Assembly: GCA_002633005.1 (NCBI GenBank)
Contig: NMRA01000498.1
Span: 1 to 50,092 of the forward strand
Length of the DNA: 50,092 nucleotides
Direction: 5' to 3'
DNA from: Phoronis australis
Lineage: Eukaryota > Animalia > Phoronida
Under the pieces are notes generated by a model, which saw only the letters and a program-made list of their open reading frames with translations, was not told the origin of the DNA and did not search any database. Positions 1 to 10,661 of this stretch are shown here, piece after piece. The translations under genes were made by a program, and so were the position numbers. Every line of letters starts with the position of its first letter. Position 1 is the first letter of the stretch.

Positions 1-1538
1 CAATGCAGATTGTATTAGCAGTCAGTTACAAATTATGCCACTAGGTGGTGCAAACTACACTAAATCCATCCAAAAATGAGAGGACAGCGTCATCTTACTA
101 ATAAATTCCTATATGCCAAATTTTATGAAAATACGTTGAGGACCTTTGAAGATACTGAAGTAAACATCACAAACTAAACTTGCCACTAGGGGACACACCA
201 GTCTGACAGTTCGCTCGTGTCATCCCATCCACTAAAGGAATACATGTGCAAAATTTCATGAACATACGTCAAAGGGTTTTGGAGACAGAGCACCGGATGC
301 CGGATGGTGATAACGGTATAATGCGTCCACATAAAAATATGTGGGCGCATAAGAATACAGGAGAATAGCATCATCTGATTAATAGATGCTTATTGCCAAG
401 TTTTAGAAAAATCCGTTGAGTACATTTGAAGATACAGATGTAAGCTTAAAAAGTCAAATTGACCCTAGGGGGCAGTCGGGTACATCAGAAATTCGTTGTC
501 ATTTGTCGTCAAATAGAAACCCCCACCTGCCAAAATCTCATCATGATTCTGTGAGGGGTTTATAAGATACAGGTGCTGATGCCAGATGCCCAGAGACAGA
601 TGACAGTGATATGCTCCAACATTTAAAAATGTGGGCGCATAATAATGGTCAGTAAGTGGTGCAAAATACCTCGAATCTATCTGAAAACAAGAGGACAGTG
701 TCATAACACTAATAGATGCCTATCTATAAAAGAGTTTGAAAATCCGTTGAGGACCTCCAAAGATAAAGAGGTAAACGCAAAATAATAAAATTACCAGTAA
801 TTGGATAGGTAGAAAATTTGCTGTCATCAGACCAGTCTGAAAGTTGCCATCATCCGTTGTCAAGTTCATAAAAACATATCTGTCAAATCTCAATGGGATC
901 TTGCAAGGGGCTTAGGAGATACAACTAAGCCCATCGGATTACGGATGTCGGGACAGTCATGACAGCAATATGCACCCACAAATAAGTCGGCACATAAAAG
1001 TGATCGCTAGGTGGTGCAAAATAAATCAAATTCAACTGAAAATGTTAAGTATTAGCTGAATTTCATGCAAAACAGTCAAAATATAGATAGTTAAAACAAG
1101 AACAGACTAGAAAACAACACAAATGGTCACATGTGGCGCACAATAGATCGAATTCGTCCGAAATTACAAAGAAGTTGTCCTTTCCTTCATAGAAATCTAT
1201 TTGCCTAAAATCATGAATATTATCCAAACGTACAGAGGCAAATGAAAACAGTAGCAATTGCCACAGAGGGGTGCTGCGGCATTCTCAACGGTTCATAACT
1301 ATAATTATTATCTGCTATTAGCTCCATAAGAATTTCACGCAAAACTCCTTCAAATGCTTATTTAGATTTACTCCCACCCCAGAAAATTAAAACTAAAAAT
1401 AAAATGCATCGTCATCTCCTTAATAAACCTCTATTTTGCTAAATTTCATGGAAATCCATCCAGAAACTCCAAAGATACAGAGGCAAATGTAGCAAAATTG
1501 TATGAGGGCACAGCTAGAGTCAGATCTGCCCATAACTA

Positions 1539-1590
1539 GTATCTTTTCTGAGTGCTGTTAAGGATACTTAACAGCACTCAGAAAAGATAC
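1539..1590. repeat. Perfect 24-bp-arm palindrome preceded by AACTAG (possible Helitron/Helentron terminal hairpin)
   Basis: GTATCTTTTCTGAGTGCTGTTAAG-gata-CTTAACAGCACTCAGAAAAGATAC; on the minus strand the hairpin runs into CTAGTT. Confidence 0.85.
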
Positions 1591-4057
1591 CTTTTAGAAC
1601 CAAAAAGACCGTACCTTGCGTAGAATGTGTACAGCCGTTTCGTGCATATCTTACAAACTTGTTTCACTACCGGGTGTGCCCTCTAACGTTGCAGAATAAA
1701 ACAATAAAAACAGTCTCGGGGATTCATTTGTGTCGGGGGTAAAGTGACAGAATTCTCACAATCTCCTTGGAGCCACAGTAGCCCGAGTCGTTTGAAAATC
1801 CTCATCAGTCGTCCTCTCCACAATAGAAGCATAAACACTTATTTTCAAAATCATTCANTTATCGAGTGGCTTCATTTACAGAGGGGTAGATGCCAAAAAT
1901 CAGTCTCAAAAACTATAAAAATGGCCACTAGATGACGCAAAATACTTCGACTCCATCTGACAAGCAGGAACCTGTCATTGTGTCTTTAATAGAAAACTAT
2001 TTACCAAATTTCATAAATATCCGTCATGGAACTTCAGACAAAATGAAATTGCGTCATCGTACATTTTCAACTACATATAAACAGACTTGCTACGTGGCTT
2101 AAAATATCTTGAATCCATTTGGAAAGAGGAGGATAGCGTCACATCACTAATAGATGCCTATCTCCAAATTTTGTGAAAATCCACTGAGGACTTTTAAAGA
2201 AACAGTGGTAAACGTTAAAAAAAAAATTGCCACTAGGAGGCACATCAGTTGTCCGATCCACCTGAAAGTCATCTTTGTCCCTTTTAAACTTCAAAAATTA
2301 TAAAGACACTTGTTAAATTCAATAATGACCCTACAAAACATTAAACAGCTATGAACGCAATAAGAAACAACACTGCCACTTGGAGGCCTCAGAGTATTCA
2401 GAGCTATTGCAAAATCACCGTCAGCCATCCACTTCACAATAGGAACATAATTATAGGCTAATTTTGACGATCATGCCAACAGTCGACAGAGTGGCAAAAG
2501 TCATAAAACAATTTCGAAAAAACTAAACTACAGCCAACCCGCAGAGTTGAAATGTGCCCACGAATGCACCGCACACTAGGGGTATTTACTTGAATCAAAG
2601 AAATGGCCACTAGATGGCACAAAATAAGTCAAATCCATACAAAACTGATATATGTCAAAGCTATCTATCATATTCATAAAAATCTAAAACTCTATCAAGG
2701 AAATTCTGAGAAATTGAGGAAAACGGAAAAAATTGCCACTTGGGGGCTATGGTCCCAGAAAGAAACATAACTAGTACAAGGAAGTGCCACAGTAGATGAA
2801 GTTCTTGGAAAATCGTCAGCAATCAACGGTTCGCTTCACACTAACAACATATATGCCAATTTTCACAGTTATCCTTAGAGTGGTTTGGTTGACAGAGGGG
2901 CAGATGCCAAAAACAGACTAGAAAACATTAAAAATGGCCACTAGATGGTGCAAAGTATCACAAATCCATCCGAAAACAGGAACATGTCATCATTTTAGTA
3001 GAAAGCTGTTTATCAAAATTCATAACAAGAGCAACACAGAGCACTGAAATGCGTCCATGAATGCACCGCAAACAGAGTGGTTTTAGAGTTGTTCATTCTT
3101 CATTTCATAAAAATGGCCACTAAATGGCACAAAACATCCAATCCATCTGAAAACAGAACATGCCATTGCTTCTTAAATAGAAAGCTACTAACCTGACAAA
3201 TTTCATAAAAATCTGTCGATTAACTTGAGAGAAACAAAAGAAAAGGAAAAGGAAAAAAAATGAAATTGCCAATAGGGGTACAGCGTTTGCCTCAAGGACG
3301 TCATCTATTGTTAGCTTCATGTAAACACACTTACAAAATTTAGAGAAGATCATACACATATGGTCGCAAAACAAAAGAAAACCACCACTAGGAGGCGCCA
3401 CAGTAATCTAAGTTGTCAACAGGAGGTGCCACAGTAGTCAAAGTCATCGGAAAATCATGGCGTCAGCCATACTCTTCATAGTCAGAACAGACATGCCAAT
3501 TTTCACAATCATCCTTAGAGCGATTTGGTTGATAGAGGGGTGCACGCCAAATAACAAACTTGAAAACAGTAAAATGGCCACTAAGTAGTGCAAAATTACC
3601 TCGAATCCTTCCGAAAACGAAAGGATAGTGTCATCTCACCAACAGATGGCTATATTCCAAATTATACGTTGAGGACCTTTGAAGATACAGAGGTAAACAT
3701 AAAAAACTAAAATTGCTAAGCGGGGGCGCACCGGTAGTTTGATACGCGCGAAAGTCGTCATCTTCCATTGTCAACATCATATAAATACACTTGCTGAATT
3801 TAGTAATAGTCCTGCAAACAGTTGAGGAGATAAAGCCATGGGCTCAAAAGAAAAAACAAAACTATGTACCACTAGGAGGCGCCACAGCAGTTAAAGTCAT
3901 CGGAAAATCATCGTCAGCCATCCTCTTTATAATAAGAACAGACATGCTAATTTTCACAACCATCCTTAGAGCGGTTTGTTTGATAGAGGGGTGGACACCA
4001 AAAAACAGACTCGAAAACAGTAAAAATGGCCACTAGGTGGCGCAAACTACGTCGAAT

Positions 4058-4531
4058 CAGGCCTTTATGCAGCGTACATCCTGGGCGTCCACTAATAGGG
4101 ACGCCCAGGCAAGGATGCACAATGTATCATTTGGACATCACTATCAATAGGAATCTTTCAAGTTAGGATACACTCATTGTAATTACTAGGAAGCCTATGA
4201 TGACTCAAAGTGGTGGCTCATTTTTCATAGCAGGAAGACAATCATATACAATGTATGAACAAAGTAAATACAATGTTGCTATGCTCACACTTGGTTGCTA
4301 GCATTGTAAAAGTCTTGGTCTACACAGTTTTTTAGTAAAAATGCTCACTACAGAAGGCTGTTTTGTAAACTTAGATGTAAAAACCTCGGTCTATACATTT
4401 TTTGTAAACAAATATCTGTGTTTGGGGGGATTGCTGAAGGTGGGGGATTATGTGTCGGAATCATGGACGCCCTGGAATGTTGGGAACCCCAATTTGGACA
4501 CCCTATTTTCGAAATCCTGGATAAAAGCCTG
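4058..4531. mobile_element. hAT-type MITE
   Basis: TIRs CAGGCCTTTATGCAG / CTGGATAAAAGCCTG (13/15); perfect 8-bp TSD CGTCGAAT at 4050-4057 and 4532-4539; interrupts repeat A. Confidence 0.9.
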
Positions 4532-5389
4532 CGTCGAATCCATCCATAAATGAGAGCATAGTGTCATCCCACTAATAGATGACTATATTCCAAATTTTAT
4601 AATACGTTGAGCACTGTCTAAGATAAAGAGGTAAGCGTANNNNNNNNNNNNNNNNNNNNNNNNNNNNNNNNNNNNNNNNNNNNNNNNNNNNNNNNNNNNN
4701 NNNNNNNNNNNNNNNNNNNNNNNNNNNNNNNNNNNNNNNNNNNNNNNNNNNNNNNNNNNNNNNNNNNNNNNNNNNNNNNNNNNNNNNNNNNNNNNNNNNN
4801 NNNNNNNNNNNNNNNNNNNNNNNNNNNNNNNNNNNNNNNNNNNNNNNNNNNNNNNNNNNNNNNNNNNNNNNNNNNNNNNNNNNNNNNNNNNNNNNNNNNN
4901 NNNNNNNNNNNNNNNNNNNNNNNNNNNNNNNNNNNNNNNNNNNNNNNNNNNNNNNNNNNNNNNNNNNNNNNNNNNNNNNNNNNNNNNNNNNNNNNNNNNN
5001 NNNNNNNNNNNNNNNNNNNNNNNNNNNNNNNNNNNNNNNNNNNNNNNNNNNNNNNNNNNNNNNNNNNNNNNNNNNNNNNNNNNNNNNNNNNNNNNNNNNN
5101 NNNNNNNNNNNNNNNNNNNNNNNNNNNNNNNNNNNNNNNNNNNNNNNNNNNNNNNNNNNNNNNNNNNNNNNNNNNNNNNNNNNNNNNNNNNNNNNNNNNN
5201 NNNNNNNNNNNNNNNNNNNNNNNNNNNNNNNNNNNNNNNNNNNNNNNNNNNNNNNNNNNNNNNNNNNNNNNNNNNNNNNNNNNNNNNNNNNNNNNNNNNN
5301 NNNNNNNNNNNNNNNNNNNNNNNNNNNNNNNNNNNNNNNNNNNNNNNNNNNNNNNNNNNNNNNNNNNNNNNNNNNNNNNNNNNNNNNNN

Positions 5390-5671
5390 CATATCCCATG
5401 TTCACGCGACTTGCTTACAAGTCATCGGGAGGCCTGTTCTCGGTTAGTGTTCTTTTGAACTTGTATTTGGCAACAACCAAATAACGGTCGGATTAACAAG
5501 AGCTGCTTTGTATTTGCCAGGTATCTGTTGAGAAGTGTAAAAACTCAGCTCGCATTCGTTGGAAATTCCAGGTCGCATTTTGCGACTTTATACGAGCTGA
5601 CAAAAATCTCAGCTCGCATTTCCAAATTTCAGGTCGCAAATGCGACCTGCAGCTCGTTATGTCGAGCCCTG
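5390..5671. mobile_element. Right end of a probable hAT-like element (left end in gap)
   Basis: Ends ...ATGTCGAGCCCTG with subterminal GTCGCA/TGCGAC/CTCGCATT repeats; partner end not visible. Confidence 0.45.
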
Positions 5672-7594
5672 CCAATACATCCAATAATGAGAAGGTGTCA
5701 GCATCTCCCTTACCTTGTAACAAAAATTCACAATAATTAACAAGTCACTATGTGTTGAATCAATCCCAAATCAGGAACCGGTCATTGTCTCTTTAATATA
5801 AACCTATTTATCAAATTTCATAAAAATCTTTAAAGTATTTCAAAGATACACAAGCCAAGGGAAAAAACTAAAATTGCCTCTACAAGATACAGTGATATGT
5901 AAAGAAGCCGTCGTCATCCGTTGTCAACTTCACTACACTAGTCAAATTTTATCAAGATTCTACAACGCACATAGGAGTTACAACCACAGACACAAAAAAA
6001 TAAAACTGTCTGAGTCATCTGAAAATCATTGTCAGACGTCCTCTTCACACTGGAAACATACACGTCCATTTAACTGGTAGAGGGGCGGATGCCAAAATCA
6101 TTTTGGTAGCACAGTAAAAATGTCAACTAGATGTCGAAAAATACAGGAACATGTCATTAATTGATCAAATTTAATAAAAATCCATTAAGATTACTTCAAA
6201 ACAAAACAAGAGCAATGTGGAGAGTTGAACAGGCGCCCACAAATGCACCACGAATGGTGTACTTTTAGGGGTGTTTATTTAGAACATAAAAATGGCCACT
6301 AGATGGTGCAAAATACGTTGAATCCATATGAAAACTGGTATGTGTCGTCAAAGTTCATAAAAATCTGTCAATGAACTGAGAAACCGAGGAAAATGAAAAA
6401 ATGAAATTGCAACTAAGAGGCTAGAGGAGCAAAAAAAACATAACTGCCACTAAGAGGCGCCAAAGTAGATTAAAGTCGGTAGAAAATCATCGTCAGATTT
6501 CCTCTTCACATTAGGAACATACATGACAATTTCCCGCAACCATCCTCAGGGTGGTTTGGTTGACAGAAAGGCAGACGCCAAATAACAAGACTTAATAACA
6601 GTAAAAATGGCCACTAGGTGACACAAAATACCTTGAATCAAACCAAAATAAGGAGGACAGCACCAAGTCACTAAGAGATACCCATCTGCCAAATTTTATG
6701 AAAAAGCTACCACTAAGAGGTGTCACAGTTGTCGAGGTCATCGGTAAATCATCGCCAGCCCTCCTCTTCACAATGGGAACATATGCCAATTTTCACAATC
6801 ATCCTTAGAGTGGTTTGGTTGACAGAGGGCAGATGCCAAAAAACAGACTGAAAAACAGTAAAAATGGCCAGTAGGTGGCGCAAAATACCCTGAATTCAAC
6901 TGATATCTGGAGGATAGCTTTTACTCATTAATAGATGCCTATCTGCCAAATTTTATGAAAATCCATTGACAACCTTATAAGATACCGAAGCCAACATAAA
7001 AAACTAAAATTGCCATTAGGGGGGCACACCTGTAGTCCCATCCATCCAAAAGTCGTCGTCCTCTGTTGTCAACTTCATATAAATACACCAGCATTTAGAA
7101 GATACAGCCAAATCCATCCGAAAACGGGATGATTACGTCATCTCACCAATAGATGCCTATAAGCCTAATTTTATAATACCTTGAGGACATTTGAAGATAC
7201 AGATACACCAGTAGCCAGATGCATCCGAAAGTGGTCGTCATCTATTGTCAACATCACGTAAATATACTTGCTAAATTTAATAAAGATCTTGTCAACGGTT
7301 TAGAAGATATAGCCATGGGCGCAAAATAAAACTGCCACTAGGAGGCGCCACAGTAGACGAAATCCTCGGAAAATCATTGTCAGCCATCATCTTCATAGTA
7401 AAAACATACATGCCAATTTTCACGATCATCCTTTGAGCGGTTTGGTTGATAGAGGGGTGGACGCCAAAAACCAGGACTCGAAAACAGCAAAAATGGCCAC
7501 TAGGAGACGCAAACTTCGTCAAATCCATCCGAAAACAGAAGGATAGTGTCATCTCACTAATAGATGCCTATATGCCAAACAAATAAAAAAGTTC

Positions 7595-7645
7595 ATGTTC
7601 AATTCAACGTTTCGTCTTTTCATTAGACATCATCAGGATCATATT
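7595..7645 (-). ncRNA. Minimal hammerhead-ribozyme-like motif in the PLE 3' end
   Basis: Minus strand: AUGAUC-CUGAUGA-U-GUCU-aaugaaa-AGAC-GAAA-CGUUGAAUUGAACAU; both core boxes flank a 4-bp stem II; palindromic AACGUU overlaps and follows GAAA. Confidence 0.7.
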
Positions 7646-7737
7646 TACAACAATTTAGGACAACAAGTGCCATACAGCTCAGGTAACATCCATAGAGTGA
7701 AGTGAGAGATACATAGAATATGGTCAGTAGCTGGTCA

Positions 7738-8238
7738 TCACCATAGCTGCAGGGCCACAGAGCTCTGCATGTTATTCAGAGAATCAGTGGCATGCTGGTT
7801 CTGAATGGCCAATGACTCTTTAATGTACAGTAACTCCTTATTAGGTTCTCTGCAGATAATACTAACAGAGTTGGCTTGTTGATTGTAGCTAATACAATGT
7901 CTACATATGTTACTTGTCTCTGAGGTGTGATGTTCTTTCAACCTGTCACAGAGGCGTCTCTGTGTGAGTCCTATATAGAATTCCTTACAGTTATCACATT
8001 CAAACTTATACACAACATTGCTCTTGTTCAATAGAGGGATGGGTGACTTCAGTTTACACAGCATATTGGAAAGTTTCCGAAGGGGTTTGAAAACAACTAT
8101 CAGTTCAACTGCTGGGTCTATGCAGTGAATAAGGCGAGATAATTGGCGTTTCAATTTTATACTACTTGGCCCGGTGTAACCAAGAGAAAAGAAAACTTTC
8201 TTTTTCTCGGGTCCGGTTTTTGATCTTATTGTGGCCAA
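7738..8238 (-). CDS. Penelope-like element GIY-YIG endonuclease domain (C-terminal fragment, RT missing)
   Basis: NVVYKFECDNCKEFYIGLTQRRLCDRLKEH...LYIKESLAI...LN: GIY/YIG motifs with CxxC, conserved R, E and N typical of PLE endonucleases. Confidence 0.9.
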   Translation of the reverse strand: MATIRSKTGPEKKKVFFSLGYTGPSSIKLKRQLSRLIHCIDPAVELIVVFKPLRKLSNMLCKLKSPIPLLNKSNVVYKFECDNCKEFYIGLTQRRLCDRLKEHHTSETSNICRHCISYNQQANSVSIICREPNKELLYIKESLAIQNQHATDSLNNMQSSVALQLW

Positions 8239-9210
8239 AAACTGATTTAACTATATGCCAAATTATATGAAAATATGTTGAGTACCTTTGATGATATAGA
8301 GGTAAGCATAAAAAAATAAAATTGCCACCATGGGGCACATACGTAATCGGATCCCTCCGAAAGTTCCCTCATTCCGTCCCATCCATGAAAGGAACATATG
8401 TGCTAAATCTCATGAACGTATGTCAAAGGGTTTTGGAGATAGAACACCGGACGCGGATCCGTGACGCCGGACAGACGCCGGAAGGACGGACGGAGATGAC
8501 GGCATAATGCGTCCACATGTAAATATGTGGGTGCATAAAAAAATTGCCACTAGGGGGAACACCAATACTCGGGGAGTTTCAAAATTGGTCGTCTTCCATC
8601 GTCAGCTTCATAGCAGCATATCTGCCAAATCTCATAAAGATCCTGTGAGGGTTAACGAGAATCAGCTGCGGACACCAGACACCCGGATGCCCAGACATAG
8701 ATGACGACAATATGCGACTGACCACATATAAATATGTGGGCGCATAAAAATGAAATTGCCACTAGGGGACACAGCAATCGTCGGATCCATGAGAAAGTCT
8801 TCGTAATTTGTCGTCAACTTCATATAAAGATGCAATTCAAAAATTTCATAAAGATAAAGCCAAGGATGCAAAAAAATGCTAATAGGAAGCAACGCAGCAG
8901 TCGAAATAGTCTGAAAAGCATCATCAACCGTGCTGGCATTTTTATTTAAACCTCAACCATTGCTGCCACATGATCGCATAGTTATAGCTTACCTATGACC
9001 AAGAGCTGTCATGCTTGCATCGTCACCACTGTCCTCCACATGTCCCTTCGCAACCAAGTGAGAGCACTCATGGTGCTGCTCCCTCTTGACCTCTGTTTGA
9101 TAATAGTGTTGACTGCCTTGTGAATAAGTAGCTAGCCTAATCCACCTGTAAATGAGATTTGTGCACAAGCTACAGACAGCTGAATTGGTGACACTATCAC
9201 ATTTGAAATC

Positions 9211-10661
9211 TGTCAGAATATAGTCCGATAGTATTTTTTTTAGTTGTATTGTTTTGTTTTGTTATTCTGTTTGATTGGCATGGGACTTTCTAGTAGACTG
9301 AGTTTAGTAATGATGATGTAATTTGTTTACTACAGTATAGTGTGGAACTTTCCAGAAGACTCTAGCATGACAGTGATTAATGCAGTCCGGAATATTCTAG
9401 AGATTAGTACATGTTTGTAGAATGATTGGGTAGATTCAGGAAAGTTCTAGAATGTGCTTGAAATGATGAAAAGTTCCAGAACAATGCATTGGGCTATAAA
9501 TACACAAGCAGGGGTTTATGTTAGTCAGATCAAGTCAGGAGATCAGTTCAATTCAAGAGAAGATCAAGTAAGTTCAAGAAACTTAATCAGCATAGTTGCA
9601 GTGAAGAGAATCAGCAGTTGCAGTGAAGAGAATCAGCAGTTACAGCGATAGCCAACAGAGAGCCAGCTATACAGACAGCAGGTTATTGAATCGACGAGTG
9701 TAACAGTTGCTGAACGTGTCTCAGAAGTTCATCACAAGTTAAGGCTTCGCAATACTGACTGGAGCATACATCTCTGTGGCGCTTTTTATTGCCCATCTTA
9801 CCAGAGATTACCTATTATACTTATTTACCTTATTCATTTTATTGTATTTGTACTAGTCATAATAAATGACCTTATATCGCCTACATCAGTCTCCTTTCAT
9901 CTCTGGTAACGAGCTTGCGACGCACGTATCATTTATTTTTTATCCGGGACATATGTCGATCATAAATGGTATTTCACTCGTTAAATATATTTATGTGAGC
10001 ATATGGACTCGCCTTACTCCTTTTCCCCCTCATCTTGGTCTATTCCATTATTCCCTCGTGCAGGACTACACGACGTTTTTTCCAGCCTTCGCATTGGTCT
10101 GTTGTTATCACGTGCCTCGAGTTTGGTCAGCTCTTGGCTCTTATAGGCTGATGATTGTCACGTGTCTTTAGGGGCGTTTTACTTTGTTATTGTAACCTCG
10201 CTTTCAATTCACTTTGTTCCGGCCACATTGTCGTACGTTCAAAAACTCTTTCAATTTTCCCACCCTCTTCCTCCCAGTTTTCGTCCTTCTCTCGTACTTC
10301 CACGTGGCCGGCGCTTTTTATTGCCCATCTTACCAGAGATTACCTATTATACTTATTTACCTTATTCATTTTATTGTATTTGTACTAGTCATAATAAATG
10401 ACCTGATATCGCCTACATCAGTCTCCTTTCATCTCTGGTAACGAGCTTGCGACGCACGTATCATTTATTTTTTATCCGGGACATATGTCGATCATAAACA
10501 GACATTATGTCGGACGTTTTGTTTGAGTAGGCTTGTGAACCTACAGTCGGGATTAATAAAGGATTAACTCGAACCAGTCTTCAGTCAATCATCGCACCGA
10601 AAGCTATTAGCACCGGTCTGTAACAACTTGCGCCCACCCACACATGGAAAAAAACGTGACA
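9211..10661 (+). mobile_element. Solo LTR (Gypsy- or BEL-like) containing a nested insertion
   Basis: Begins TGTCA, ends TGACA; 5-bp TSD AAATC (9206-9210, 10662-10666); TATA-like CTATAAATA at ~9494; AATAAA at ~10555; 22-bp tandem at ~9596-9640. Confidence 0.85.
9778..10498 (+). mobile_element. Ngaro/DIRS-like (tyrosine-recombinase retroelement) terminal repeats, B-A-B arrangement
   Basis: 189-bp direct repeats 9778-9966 and 10310-10498 (one mismatch seen) around a 343-bp block starting TGGTATTTCACTCGTTAAATATATTTATGTGAG; homologous unit at 37275-39458. Family assignment rests on the split-direct-repeat layout and recalled motif similarity. Confidence 0.6.

Larger units (their letters stand above)
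7580..8250 (-). mobile_element. 5'-truncated Penelope-like retroelement (GIY-YIG C-terminus plus 3' UTR)
   Basis: Flanked by 12-bp direct repeat CTATATGCCAAA (7568-7579, 8251-8262); repeat A resumes on both sides; contains a GIY-YIG ORF. Confidence 0.9.
1..8920 (-). repeat. Complex HINE/Helentron-like repeat array ('repeat A'), main block, interrupted by insertions
   Basis: Recurrent modules (AAAATGGCCACTAG.TGG.GCAAAATAC..GAATCCATC; CAATTTTCACAATCATCCTTAGAG.GGTTTGGTTGA.AGAGGGG; AAATTGCCACTAGGGG). Terminal palindrome ATGCGTCCACATA-AAAA-TATGTGGGCGCAT (321-350, similar at ~8507-8537) next to a GGAC(G) microsatellite-like tract; opposite end AACAAGAGCAA...GCGCCCAC (~6205). Layout matches Helentron non-autonomous elements. 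Confidence 0.75.

Noticed and set aside
4572-5405. Long ORFs of 269-277 aa
   Set aside because: Translations of the N-gap.
186-7552. Many mutually similar short ORFs (e.g. MTLS..F..DSRYFAP)
   Set aside because: Chance frames in repeat A; no consistent frame or domain.
1-8920. CRISPR-like regularly spaced repeats
   Set aside because: The spacers are homologous to each other, units are ~150/450 bp, there are no cas genes and the context is eukaryotic.
10148-10170. CTGATGA here and at ~39107 as a hammerhead core or snoRNA box
   Set aside because: No stem II plus GAAA partner follows.
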